Below are positions 51,609 to 62,112 of a DNA stretch of 64,000 nucleotides, in pieces; the stretch's first letter is position 1; every line of letters starts with the position of its first letter. This stretch comes from Ignavibacteriota bacterium (GTDB lineage: Bacteria; Bacteroidota; Ignavibacteria; UBA10030; CAVZMI01): contig CAVZMI010000014.1 in NCBI GenBank assembly GCA_963776275.1, positions 1 to 64,000 on the forward strand, written 5' to 3'. The position numbers were made by a program, and so were the translations under genes. Under the pieces are notes generated by a model. That model saw only the letters and a program-made list of their open reading frames with translations, did not search any database and was not told the DNA's origin.

Positions 51609-53537
51609 ATGAAGGATAGAAGGAAGAAAAAGAAGACAGTTAAACAGATTGCGATAACAGAATTTTCACCGGCAAAGAAGCGTGTTTTTTGGGGAATAAC
51701 GCTTTCACTGCCGCTGTTCCTATTACTCCTTCTAGAAATTGGTCTTCGTATTTTCAATTATGGTGGGAATTTAGATTTATTCATCGGCGGGCCGGAAGGA
51801 TATGAAGAATATCTTCGATGCAATCCTAACGTTGCCCGGCGCTATTTTTCTGTACAATCGATTATCCCGACCCCTCCGAAAAAATTATTTTTGAAACAAA
51901 AGCCCCCCAACGGGTACCGAATATTTGTATTGGGTGAATCCTCTACGGCGGGATTTCCTTTCGAGAATAATGCCTCCTTCCCCAATATTTTGGAGCGGAG
52001 CCTTTCCAGGGCTTTTCCTGATAGGAGGATCGAAGTTATTAATGTGGCTATGTCTGCAATCAACAGTTACGCTCTGTTGGATCTGGTTGATGAAATTTTC
52101 AAACAATCACCCGACGCTTTACTTATTTATACCGGTCACAATGAGTATTACGGTGCGTTGGGAGTAGGGTCTGTTCAATCATTAGGTAATTCGCGATGGT
52201 TGATCACCACATATATTAAACTTCGATCAATAAAAATTTTTATCCTGCTGCGTGATTTTATAGGATGGCTGAAAATTCAATTCACCACAATATTTTATAA
52301 AGGAAGCGAGCTTGATCCGTCGGCTACTCTTATGGAAGGAATTGTGGCTGAACAGACTATTCCATATGGCAGTCCGCTCTATGAAGCCGGGAAAAAACAA
52401 TTTGAGAAAAATATGGATGCCATTCTTCATAAAGCTGCTGAGAACGGTGTGCCTGTGGTTTTAAGTGAATTGGTCAGCAACGTCCGGGATCAAGAACCTT
52501 TTATTTCAGTAGGAGATAATGAGGGGCATTCGGCAAAGTCATTGTATAGTTTTGCTCGACGGTTGGAAGCAAACGATGAATTTGAAAAAGCAAAACAATA
52601 CTATGTTAAGGCGAAGGATCTGGACGCCTTACGTTTCCGGGCACCGGAGGAATTCAATGTCATCTTAAAGGAATTGGCCGGGAAATACTCTGTTACCCTT
52701 GTACCAACGTTATCATATTTCGAAAATGAATCCCCAAACGGAATTATTGGAAGTACCCTCATGATGGAACATCTGCATCCCAATATAAAAGGTTATTTTC
52801 TATTGGCCAAAGCTTTTTATGAGACAATGCAAGATGCACGTATGATTGATAATGTCTGGCCGCCGCCCTGCATTGAGCAAGAACGAAATCAGGGAATAAC
52901 CGAGCTGGATAGTGTCTATGGCACCCTGGTTATACGGCAATTAAAAGGTGGCTGGCCTTTTCAACCTAAATCTCTGCCCAATCGTTTTATACAAAATTTT
53001 CGACCGGCTAATAATGTTGAAGAAATTGCCTTTCGTGTTCTCCAGGGCCGTAATTTTAGCTTGGAATCGGGTCATCTAGCATTAGGTGAGTATTATGAAA
53101 AACAGGGTAATTTTGATAAAGCATTTGCCGAATATAATGCACTTATCACCTCGATCCCGACTGAGATGGATTTTTATCGGAAAGCTGTCACAGTTTTACT
53201 TTCGCAAAAAGAGAATGAGAAAGCTTCGCAGTTGTTACATAAATCTTTAGTCTATAAAGAAAACAATTTTGCTAACAAATGGCTGGGACTCATTGCATTG
53301 ATGAAAGAAAATTATAGAGAAGCTATTTCATGCCTGGTGAAAGCCGACCAAAAAGATATTCAAGTCATATTTAATTTGGGTCGTGCATATTATCTGGCAG
53401 ATCAATGGGTGAATGGAGAGCAATGCTATTTGCGATTGCAGAATTTAGCTCCACAATCCAACTACTTTGCCTCTCTGACACGATTGCGTGCTGCGATTCA
53501 ATCAAAAGGCAGTACGGTAAATCCCCAGTCCCACTAA
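51609..53537 (+). CDS. Membrane-anchored SGNH/GDSL-like hydrolase with TPR repeats
   Basis: N-terminal TM ending LLEIGLRIF; block I FVLGESST; block III GHNE; block V EHLHPN; helical TPR-like C-terminus. Confidence 0.72.
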   Translation: MKDRRKKKKTVKQIAITEFSPAKKRVFWGITLSLPLFLLLLLEIGLRIFNYGGNLDLFIGGPEGYEEYLRCNPNVARRYFSVQSIIPTPPKKLFLKQKPPNGYRIFVLGESSTAGFPFENNASFPNILERSLSRAFPDRRIEVINVAMSAINSYALLDLVDEIFKQSPDALLIYTGHNEYYGALGVGSVQSLGNSRWLITTYIKLRSIKIFILLRDFIGWLKIQFTTIFYKGSELDPSATLMEGIVAEQTIPYGSPLYEAGKKQFEKNMDAILHKAAENGVPVVLSELVSNVRDQEPFISVGDNEGHSAKSLYSFARRLEANDEFEKAKQYYVKAKDLDALRFRAPEEFNVILKELAGKYSVTLVPTLSYFENESPNGIIGSTLMMEHLHPNIKGYFLLAKAFYETMQDARMIDNVWPPPCIEQERNQGITELDSVYGTLVIRQLKGGWPFQPKSLPNRFIQNFRPANNVEEIAFRVLQGRNFSLESGHLALGEYYEKQGNFDKAFAEYNALITSIPTEMDFYRKAVTVLLSQKENEKASQLLHKSLVYKENNFANKWLGLIALMKENYREAISCLVKADQKDIQVIFNLGRAYYLADQWVNGEQCYLRLQNLAPQSNYFASLTRLRAAIQSKGSTVNPQSH

Positions 53538-53750
53538 AATAGCAGCACGTTGAAGCCGGGGTGCCACTAATTGTTGTCCTGCCGAAACCAAATGATGGTT
53601 CCATGTTTTCTGTCGTATTCCTTCTTATATTATCAGCGGGGATGATTATACTATATGGTTGTATATAAAAATAGCATGCTATTCAATAACGGCGTTTCTG
53701 ATATTCAGTCTGGTCCCGAATCTCTCAGCTCAACCATACCCTTATCAAAG

Positions 53751-54380
53751 TGACCTGCCCCTGAATTATGTACCAATGCAAAGTTAGTGATCTCATCAGG
53801 CATTGGCAAGCTGAAGAGGGTAAAAAGATTCTGGTGCCGGAGGACGATAGTCCAAAGCACTATGTGGCCGGATCGTGTTATAATGCTTTCTCCATTGTTC
53901 TGTAATTATTCTTGCTTCTATTATTGTATCAAAGATCTCTCCATTAAGTAATTCATCTTTGAACTTTCCGTTAAACGATTCAATATATCCGTTCTCCCAA
54001 GGACTGCCAGGTTCGATAAAGGCTGTCCGGACTCCCAAGCGCTGCAGCCATTCGCGTACAAGCTGTCCAACAAACTCCGGTCCATTATCCGATCGAATGA
54101 ACTGAGGCGTTCCACGTCTGATGAATATGTCGGCCAGTGTGTCAATAACATCATTGGTTGTGATCCTTCGATCCACGCGAATGGCTAAGCACTCTCTGGT
54201 GTATTCATCGATGATGTTTCAACATACGTATGGCTCGGCCATCACTGGTGCGTTCTGCAACAAAATCATAACTCCAGACGTGGTCTTTTGTGTGTCGTTT
54301 CTTGCCCATTGCTGCCTCCTTTGATCTTTATTATATTTTTCCCTAATATAACACTGGATCGCTTTAAAGGGGGCAGGTCA
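53751..54380 (-). mobile_element. Internally deleted IS3-family element (630 bp) with both terminal inverted repeats
   Basis: Termini TGACCTGCCCC at 53751 and GGGGCAGGTCA ending 54380; integrase core HVWSYDFV, IRSDNGPEF, PGSPWENGYIESFNG, YNTIRPHSAL. No target duplication seen. Confidence 0.88.
53796..54309 (-). pseudogene. Truncated IS3 transposase (orfA start fused to orfB integrase core, 1-nt frameshift ~54219)
   Basis: ATG 54309 behind GGAGG gives MGKKRHT-KDHVWSYDFVAERTSDGRAIRML. An extra A shifts the frame before (N)IIDEYTRECLAIRVDRR. Confidence 0.8.
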
Positions 54381-54514
54381 TTCTTTACTTCTTCTAATGT
54401 CTGGCTAGATTGGATCGTTGCGAACTTGCTACAGTTTATAAATATCACATCGTACGTGTATCACAATCAGCGATTCAATCATTCTCATAGGTATTCTAAG
54501 GAAAGTAGTTATAT

Positions 54515-57343
54515 ATGAAAATAGCAAGCTGCATTATGGTAGCGTTTCTGATATTCTGTGTAGTCCCATATCTATCGGCTCAAACATTCCCTTATCAAGA
54601 CTCCACCTTGTCAGTCGATCAACGTGTGAGCGATTTAATAAGCAGAATGACGATCGATGAAAAGATCGGGCAAATGATGCAAGTTGGATTGACTGATGTC
54701 CAATATGTTCCTTCCCTTCTCACGACGTATAATTTCGGCTCAGTGCTCAGTGCAGGATTCGAAAGTCCGGCCGCGGGTAACAGGCCATTAAATTGGGCAA
54801 ATATGTATGACACGTTGCAGACCTATGCTTTGAAGACTCGGCTAAAAATTCCGATAATCTACGGATTTGATGCTGTCCATGGAGCTAACAATGTGTATGG
54901 TGCTACGATCTTTCCGCACAACATTGGAATGGGATGCACAAGGAACCCTGAGTTAGCAAGAAAAGCCGCAAGAATAACTGCAATGGAAGTTGCAGCAACA
55001 GGTATAGATTGGACATTCGGTCCGTGCATTGCTGTTCCACGAGATGAACGATGGGGCAGGACGTACGAGGGATTTGGAGAAACTCCAGAATTAGCTCAAC
55101 TTTTTGGCTCGTCTGAAATACGAGGATTTCAAGGAGATTCATTATCGGATCCAACAAGTATCCTGGCGTGCGCAAAACATTATCTCGGAGATGGGGGAAC
55201 TACTGGTGGACTAGATCAAGGAGATACTCAAGGAGATAGTGCAACCATAAGAAAACTTTTTTTGCCGGGATATATTTCAGCCGTTGATTCAGGTGTAGGG
55301 AGTATCATGGTATCTTATAGTAGTATCAACGGACAAAAAATGAGTAGTAACAAGCATTGGATTACCGATGTTTTAAAAAATGAATTGGGATTTAAGGGAT
55401 TTGTCGTTTCAGATTGGGGTGCTATCGATCAATTAACAAACAATTATACTGATTGCGTTGAACAATCGATCAATGCAGGAATTGATATGGTAATGTTGCC
55501 CAGTCGATATATTGAATTTAAGAATGACATGGACAGTCTTATCAGCGAACGCAAAATCGATACCGCCCGTGTTGATGACGCTGTGAGAAGGATTCTTACT
55601 ATCAAATTTAAACTTGGATTATTTGAGAGGCCGTTTACTGACAGAACATTCATTGACTCTGTTGGCAGCGCTGGACATCGTGCAGTTGCCCGGCAATGTG
55701 TACGAGAGTCGTTGGTGCTGCTGAAGAAGAAAGACGGTATCCTCCCGCTGCGAAAAACAAATGCAAGAATCTTGGTCGCTGGTTCCAATGCAGATAATCT
55801 CGGAAATCAATGCGGTGGCTGGACTATTTTTGGGCTAGGATTCAGCGGCAATACTCTTACTACCGGTACAACAATCTTGCAAGGGATGAAAAACACAGCC
55901 CCGAGTGTAACGATAGAATATTCTGAAACTGGTACTTTCACAGATACTTCAGCCGATTATTCTGTTGTTGTGATTGGTGAAACACCGTATGCAGAATATT
56001 TTGGAGACAGAACAGACCTGAGTATCTCCCCAACCGATGTGAATTTAGTGAAAAAAATGAAAGGCTATGGTGCGCCTGTTGTCGTTATCCTTGTTTCAGG
56101 CAGACCTCTTATTCTCGAAAAAATATTACACTTTTCCGATGTCATCATTGCTGCTTGGCTGCCCGGAACGGAGGGTGATGGTTTAGCCGAAGTTTTATTT
56201 GGCGATTATCAGCCGAAGGGGCGATTGTCACATACGTGGCCTAAGAGTATGTCACAAATCCCAATCAATTTCGGTGATAATATTTATTCTCCCTTATATG
56301 AATATGGATTTGGAATTGATACTTTAGCGGACTCTCCGCCAGGATCACCGCCAGTGTGCTTGTCAGCTATCATAACCCCGGATGCAAAACATTTCGAACT
56401 GACATTTAATAAGCAGATGAAGGATCCGTCTCTTTCAAGTGCGACATTTGCTATCACCCAGAATCAACTTCCGCTTATGGCAGCGATCACAACCTCCTTA
56501 AAATCGCGCGACAGCACAACACTCATTATAGAATTAGATTCCACCTATTTTACCAAGGTTGATGTTGGTGCAGTATCATATGATGCAGGCAATATTGAAT
56601 CTGCGGATGGGGGAAGGCTTCAGCCTTTTAATCCTATTGATGCGTATAACTGGATAAAACCTGCCGCTGTAACCATCCCGGCGAGAATTGAAGCTGAACA
56701 TTGCAGCGATATGTTCGGTGTACAACGAGAGCCGACAAATGATGTTAACGGCGAATTTGATATCACAAGTTTTGATACTGGGGATTGGCTGGAGTATACA
56801 ATAAACGCGCCGACTGCTGGTAATTACTATTTATCGTTAAGATATGCAAGCGCATCTGCAGGCGGTTCAGTATTGATCTCTTGCGGAGGTAAAAACACAA
56901 CAAAAGCATTGTCAGGAACAGGCAGCTGGCAAACATTGAAAACAACGACGAGCACAAAGATTACACTTACTGCAGGAGAACAGACGCTTAGAATAAAAGC
57001 TATAACAGGTGGTTTCCATCTCAATTGGATATATATTGGTAGCAGTCCAACAGCTGTCGAAGAAGAAAGTCTGGTTCCTCTCGTCAACAAGCTGGACCAA
57101 AACTATCCTAATCCTTTCAATCCGACAACACGGATCAGTTATGAATTAGCGGCTCGCGACCATGTGACCCTCAAAGTGTATGATGTACTTGGAAGAGAGG
57201 TGGCGACTTTAGTAGACGAAGAAAAATCTGCCGGTTTTCATACCGTAATATGGGATGCGACGAATTTCTCGAGTGGAGTTTATTTGTATAAGCTTCAGGT
57301 CGGGAATTTCTGTGATGTAAGGAAGTTGATTTTTATGAAATAG
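54515..57343 (+). CDS. GH3 beta-glucosidase with CBM6/CBM35-like module and T9SS type-A CTD
   Basis: DAVHG, RDERWGRTYEG, CAKHY, nucleophile motif VVSDW, VIGETPYAE; IPARIEAE...GDWLEY; CTD DQNYPNPFNP. Confidence 0.92.
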   Translation: MKIASCIMVAFLIFCVVPYLSAQTFPYQDSTLSVDQRVSDLISRMTIDEKIGQMMQVGLTDVQYVPSLLTTYNFGSVLSAGFESPAAGNRPLNWANMYDTLQTYALKTRLKIPIIYGFDAVHGANNVYGATIFPHNIGMGCTRNPELARKAARITAMEVAATGIDWTFGPCIAVPRDERWGRTYEGFGETPELAQLFGSSEIRGFQGDSLSDPTSILACAKHYLGDGGTTGGLDQGDTQGDSATIRKLFLPGYISAVDSGVGSIMVSYSSINGQKMSSNKHWITDVLKNELGFKGFVVSDWGAIDQLTNNYTDCVEQSINAGIDMVMLPSRYIEFKNDMDSLISERKIDTARVDDAVRRILTIKFKLGLFERPFTDRTFIDSVGSAGHRAVARQCVRESLVLLKKKDGILPLRKTNARILVAGSNADNLGNQCGGWTIFGLGFSGNTLTTGTTILQGMKNTAPSVTIEYSETGTFTDTSADYSVVVIGETPYAEYFGDRTDLSISPTDVNLVKKMKGYGAPVVVILVSGRPLILEKILHFSDVIIAAWLPGTEGDGLAEVLFGDYQPKGRLSHTWPKSMSQIPINFGDNIYSPLYEYGFGIDTLADSPPGSPPVCLSAIITPDAKHFELTFNKQMKDPSLSSATFAITQNQLPLMAAITTSLKSRDSTTLIIELDSTYFTKVDVGAVSYDAGNIESADGGRLQPFNPIDAYNWIKPAAVTIPARIEAEHCSDMFGVQREPTNDVNGEFDITSFDTGDWLEYTINAPTAGNYYLSLRYASASAGGSVLISCGGKNTTKALSGTGSWQTLKTTTSTKITLTAGEQTLRIKAITGGFHLNWIYIGSSPTAVEEESLVPLVNKLDQNYPNPFNPTTRISYELAARDHVTLKVYDVLGREVATLVDEEKSAGFHTVIWDATNFSSGVYLYKLQVGNFCDVRKLIFMK

Positions 57344-57373
57344 TGTTAAAAATAATTGCCTATTGAAGATTAT

Positions 57374-57403
57374 GCCGGAGTCAGAAATGATTCCGGCTTT
57401 TTT
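57374..57403 (+). terminator. Rho-independent terminator after GH3
   Basis: GCCGGAGTCA-GAAA-TGATTCCGGC followed by TTTTTT. Confidence 0.8.
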
Positions 57404-57544
57404 ATGGTTATTATCGTTCGATAGGAGATTTATAATACACTGAAATAAGGCAATATATACAGGCTGGTCAGTCATTTTTCAGAAATTACATGACCGCAGG
57501 TATTGCCGAATGAGTTATTAATCTTCTGCCTGTAATTTTTTCCC

Positions 57545-57590
57545 TTGCCTTTTTGAAATTACCTTTTTATTATTGAAACGGTTCAATAAT
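57545..57590 (+). promoter_or_regulatory. Sigma70 promoter overlapped by a LacI-type palindromic operator, upstream of the xylan genes
   Basis: TTGCCT-17-TATTAT (57545-57573); palindrome ATTATTGAA-ACGG-TTCAATAAT (57569-57590) with central CG. Confidence 0.65.
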
Positions 57591-57743
57591 TCCTAAAATC
57601 GCTAAATATTGAGTAATATCAAGCATTATGCCCGTGGCGTTATATCATCAGGGGGTTTCTCTCTCTATATATATAGAGTAATGGTTGAATAATCCGACCG
57701 AGTGAATCCCCACCGGTTTTTTTGCAGTACAGAGATTACAATT

Positions 57744-59090
57744 ATGAGACATGGAAATATCATTATTCCAATTATCCTTATGAGTATATTCCTGTCTATT
57801 TTCCTGCTTGCCTTGCTTCCGCTTCAGCGAAGCGAGCCGGCAAGGCAGGTCTCTGAAGTATCTTCATCAGGCTTTATAGATTCTGCACAGTCAAAGCTGT
57901 CCGGCTCTTATTTTTCAGGAAAATACAGTAATCTCTTTACTGAGGTATTGAGTGAAGAAGAATCGGCAGTAAAAGCCAAAGTCGATAGTGCGTTTGACCA
58001 ATTATTTTATGGGGACAGTAGTACACAACGTATATATTGCCCTGTTGAGCCTGACATGGCATATATTTACAACATTCTCAATAATGATGTACGTACCGAG
58101 GGTATGTCGTACGGGATGATGATCTCTGTCCAGCTAAATAAGAAAAAAGAATTCGACCGATTGTGGAAGTGGTCAAAAACATACATGCAACAACAGAACG
58201 GACCACATAGAGGTTTTTTTGCATGGCATTGTAAGACAAACGGATCGGTTATCGACTCTAATGCTGCCTCCGATGGTGAGGAATGGTTTGTTATGGCTCT
58301 CTTTTTCGCGTCTGCGCGGTGGGGAAACGGGACAGGAATATACAATTATAGAGCAGAAGCTCAGGCAATTTTAGATGCAATGCTTCATAAAGAAGAAGAG
58401 CCGGATAACAATGGAAGAATAACAAATATGTTTAATAAAAAGGAGAAGCAGGTTGTTTTTGTTCCGATGGTTGGAGTTGCAGGTTTTACGGACCCCTCGT
58501 ATCATCTACCTCATTTTTATGAACTCTGGGCGCGATGGGCAGATAAAGATAACCGGTTTTGGTGCGATGCCGCATTTACAAGTCGTCAATTTCTAAAAAA
58601 AGCCGCCAATCCTTCCACGGGATTAATGCCGGATTATGCTCATTTTGACGGATCGCCTATAAATCCCTGGGGTGGGGGGAATAACGATTTCCGTTTCGAT
58701 GCCTGGCGTGTAGCTATGAATGTTGCCGTCGATTATGCATGGTTTGCTAGAGATGATTGGTCGGTAACTCAAAGTAATCGCCTTCTGAATTTCTTTTATT
58801 CCGAAGGAATGTACAAATACGGTGAGCTGTATACGTTAGACGGGAAAAGGTTAACGGACAATCACAGCAGCGGTTTGATAGCCATGAATGGTGTGGCCTG
58901 TCTTGTCTCTACGAATGAAAATAGGAAAGAATTTCTTAAGGAGTTTTGGAATACTCCCGTTCCAAGTGGGATATATCGATATTATAACGGTATGCTGTAC
59001 ATGCTGGGTCTGCTGCATGTCAGCGGCAATTTTAGAATTTATGATCCGACAGGTGGGCCGGTTCCGGCCTGTTCGGACGGACTACATTAA
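57744..59090 (+). CDS. GH8, reducing-end xylose-releasing exo-oligoxylanase (Rex)-like
   Basis: DVRTEGMSYGMM, ASDGEEWF, FTDPSYHLPHFYELWA, FDAWRV, YRYYNG; N-terminal hydrophobic segment. Start at ATG 57744. Confidence 0.87.
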   Translation: MRHGNIIIPIILMSIFLSIFLLALLPLQRSEPARQVSEVSSSGFIDSAQSKLSGSYFSGKYSNLFTEVLSEEESAVKAKVDSAFDQLFYGDSSTQRIYCPVEPDMAYIYNILNNDVRTEGMSYGMMISVQLNKKKEFDRLWKWSKTYMQQQNGPHRGFFAWHCKTNGSVIDSNAASDGEEWFVMALFFASARWGNGTGIYNYRAEAQAILDAMLHKEEEPDNNGRITNMFNKKEKQVVFVPMVGVAGFTDPSYHLPHFYELWARWADKDNRFWCDAAFTSRQFLKKAANPSTGLMPDYAHFDGSPINPWGGGNNDFRFDAWRVAMNVAVDYAWFARDDWSVTQSNRLLNFFYSEGMYKYGELYTLDGKRLTDNHSSGLIAMNGVACLVSTNENRKEFLKEFWNTPVPSGIYRYYNGMLYMLGLLHVSGNFRIYDPTGGPVPACSDGLH

Positions 59091-59115
59091 AATTGAAATG
59101 AAATGGAGATCGCAT

Positions 59116-62112
59116 ATGCTTTTTATCAGGAATAAAAAACAGAAACAAAATCTGTATGTGCACAAATCATGCCCTCGGATTATGTCTGCCATTCTCATGG
59201 TATTTTTTGCGGTTTTCTTGTTTGCCTCGCCACGGAGTGGATATGCAAATGAAAATGCATTGTATATATCTAAACAAAAAGTGAAAGGGAGTTTTTCACT
59301 TTCCGTAGCTGGCAAAGCCGCTCCCTTATATATCAGTTCCCGGGATTTTCCCGGCGTGATTCGTGTTCTGAAGCACCTTCAGTCCGATATCGGCCGTGTA
59401 ACAAATGTCCTGCCCCGAATTTCGATCGATACCATCCCTGCATCAAAAGAGATTGTCATTGTCGGAACACTGGGTAAGAATTCTTTAATAGATAAATTGG
59501 TACAGCAAAAGAAACTCGACGTTGAGGGTATTACAGGTCGATGGGAGACATTTCTCATTCAGATCGTTGAAAAGCCGTTCCCCGATGTGGACCGCGCTCT
59601 GATAATTACGGGAAGCGATAAGCGGGGTACCATTTATGGTATGTACGACCTCTCGGAAAAGATTGGTGTGTCGCCCTGGTACTGGTGGGCGGATGTACCG
59701 GCAAAGAAAAAATCGAGTCTCTATGTATTGCCGGGACGTTACACACAGGGGGAGCCTAAAGTAAAATACAGAGGCATATTCCTTAACGATGAGGCGCCGG
59801 CATTATCAGGCATGGTCTATGAAAAGTTCGGTGGTTTCAACAGTAAATTCTATGAGCATGTATTCGAACTTATCTTACGATTAAAAGGGAATTATCTCTG
59901 GCCGGCTATGTGGAATAATTCATTCAGCACCGACGACACATTGAATCCCAAACTCGCGGATGCATACGGAGTTGTGATGGGTACTTCACATCACGAACCT
60001 ATGATGAGGGCGTGGAAAGAGTGGGAGTGGGCAGGGAATCGTAAAGGGAGCTGGGATTATTCAAAAAATGCCGATTCATTACGTAGATTCTGGAAAACAG
60101 GCATCCAGCGAACGAAAGATTATGAAAAGATCGTCACACTCGCGATGCGCGGTGATGGCGACGAACCGATGGCCGAAGGTGCCAATATATCCTTGCTCCA
60201 AAGCATTGTTTCAGATCAGCGTAAGATTCTCGGCGAGGTGACCGGAAAAGATGTTACTTCAATACCGCAGGTATGGGCGCTCTACAAAGAGGTACAGGAT
60301 TATTACGATAAAGGAATGCGGGTCCCGGATGATGTTACGTTAATATTGTGCGATGATAACTGGGGAAATATCCGGAGACTCCCGAAGTTGAACGAGAAAC
60401 CCCGCTCCGGCGGATATGGTATTTACTATCATTTCGATTTTGTGGGCGGACCGAGAAACTATAAATGGCTGAACACGACCCAGATCGAACGAGTATGGGA
60501 GCAGATGCATCTTGCCTATGAGTACGGGGCCAGACAGATCTGGATCGTCAATGTCGGTGATCTTAAACCAATGGAGTTTCCGATATCATTCTTCTTAGAG
60601 TATGCATGGGATCCCGGACAATGGCCTGTAGAACGTTTGCCCGAATATACCCGACTGTGGGCAGAACGGCAATTTGGAGCAAAGCATGCAAAGGATATCG
60701 CAGACATCTTGACGAAATACACAAAATATAATTCACGCCGAAAACCCGAAATGCTGGCCCCCGACACCTACAGTCTGGTCAATTACCGGGAAGCCGAAAT
60801 AATCGTTTCCGATTATAACACACTGGCGAAAAAAGCTCAACGTATCTATGAATTAATTCCTCATGAATACAGAGACGCATATTACCAGCTTGTTCTGCAT
60901 CCCGTGCTCGCTTGCTCAAACTTGAACGATCTCTATGTCACTGTCGGGAAAAATCTTCTTTATGCAAAGCAGGGTCGGACAGCGATAAACGCTCTCGCTG
61001 CAAAAGCAAAAAAACTCTTCGATAACGATAGTGCAATTACATACTATTATAATAGAGTAATGGCAAATGGTAAGTGGAACCATATGATGGATCAGACTCA
61101 TATCGGGTACACCTCCTGGCAGCAACCTGATGAGAATTCAATGCCCGAGGTGAAAAAGATTAATACTGACTCTATCAGCGCTGCATCGGAAATGGGTGTT
61201 GCCATAGAAGGCTCAACTGCATGGTGGCCGATGGAAAAGACCGAAGCCGTGCTCCCGGAATTCGATTCGTATAACCGGCAATCGTATTATTTCGAAATAT
61301 TCAATCGCGGGAAAGCTCCGTTTAAGTATTCGATTCAAACCGGAAAACCGTGGATTCAAATCAAACCTGGAAAGTCGGGAATAATTGAGGAAGAGAAACG
61401 GTTGTGGGTAAGTGTCGATTGGAAGAACGTACCGAAGCAAAGTAAGGGGAATGAAAGGATTCCAATCACCATTACAGGACCAAATAAAAGCCCCGTTGTT
61501 ATTCAAGCAGTGATTAATCTTCCTCAATTACCGCATGTAAAAGGTTTTATTGAGAGTAACGGATATGTTTCGATCGAGGCTGAACATTATAGCAAGGTCG
61601 TTGAAACTCCTAATATATCGTGGTTGCGAATTGCAAATTTAGGACGTACGCTATCGGCGATGACCCCTGTTCCTGTCACGGCGTCAACTCAATCTCCCGG
61701 CGGTAACAGTTCTCATATGGAATATCAAATGGTTTTATTCGATACAGGAGAAGTCAGGGTGAAGGCATATCTTTCTCCGACTATGAACCTTCTCGATGGG
61801 CAGGGTCTCCACTATGCCGTTTCTTTCGATGACGAACTGCCGTACATCGTGAATATATATGAAAACGATACAATGCCGGATTGGATATATCCGCCGCAAT
61901 GGTGTCAGGCAGTAGGCGATAATATAAAAATTAAAACCTCTACTCACTCCATCCATAAACCTGGAGAACATGTCCTGAAATTCTGGATGGTGGATCCGGG
62001 TGTGGTGCTGCAAAAATTGGTAATCGAAACCGGCAAAGTCAGGTCAAGTTATTTAGGACCGCCTGAAAGTATTCGTAGCGGATCAAAACCGATTAAGGGG
62101 AGTACAAAATGA
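59116..62112 (+). CDS. GH115 xylan alpha-1,2-glucuronidase
   Basis: GSDKRGTIYG, VSPWYWWAD, YRGIFLNDEAP, NYLWPAMW, GTSHHEPM, MRGDGD, IVNVGDLKPME, SYLGPPES. Start at ATG 59116 behind GGAG. Confidence 0.93.
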   Translation: MLFIRNKKQKQNLYVHKSCPRIMSAILMVFFAVFLFASPRSGYANENALYISKQKVKGSFSLSVAGKAAPLYISSRDFPGVIRVLKHLQSDIGRVTNVLPRISIDTIPASKEIVIVGTLGKNSLIDKLVQQKKLDVEGITGRWETFLIQIVEKPFPDVDRALIITGSDKRGTIYGMYDLSEKIGVSPWYWWADVPAKKKSSLYVLPGRYTQGEPKVKYRGIFLNDEAPALSGMVYEKFGGFNSKFYEHVFELILRLKGNYLWPAMWNNSFSTDDTLNPKLADAYGVVMGTSHHEPMMRAWKEWEWAGNRKGSWDYSKNADSLRRFWKTGIQRTKDYEKIVTLAMRGDGDEPMAEGANISLLQSIVSDQRKILGEVTGKDVTSIPQVWALYKEVQDYYDKGMRVPDDVTLILCDDNWGNIRRLPKLNEKPRSGGYGIYYHFDFVGGPRNYKWLNTTQIERVWEQMHLAYEYGARQIWIVNVGDLKPMEFPISFFLEYAWDPGQWPVERLPEYTRLWAERQFGAKHAKDIADILTKYTKYNSRRKPEMLAPDTYSLVNYREAEIIVSDYNTLAKKAQRIYELIPHEYRDAYYQLVLHPVLACSNLNDLYVTVGKNLLYAKQGRTAINALAAKAKKLFDNDSAITYYYNRVMANGKWNHMMDQTHIGYTSWQQPDENSMPEVKKINTDSISAASEMGVAIEGSTAWWPMEKTEAVLPEFDSYNRQSYYFEIFNRGKAPFKYSIQTGKPWIQIKPGKSGIIEEEKRLWVSVDWKNVPKQSKGNERIPITITGPNKSPVVIQAVINLPQLPHVKGFIESNGYVSIEAEHYSKVVETPNISWLRIANLGRTLSAMTPVPVTASTQSPGGNSSHMEYQMVLFDTGEVRVKAYLSPTMNLLDGQGLHYAVSFDDELPYIVNIYENDTMPDWIYPPQWCQAVGDNIKIKTSTHSIHKPGEHVLKFWMVDPGVVLQKLVIETGKVRSSYLGPPESIRSGSKPIKGSTK

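Noticed and set aside
53670-53683. Perfect palindrome AATAGCATGCTATT
   Set aside because: Single occurrence in AT-rich intergenic DNA with no supporting promoter or second site; insufficient evidence.
57663-57678. Palindrome CTCTATATATATAGAG
   Set aside because: Mostly a TA microsatellite, which is self-complementary by default; no second copy noticed.
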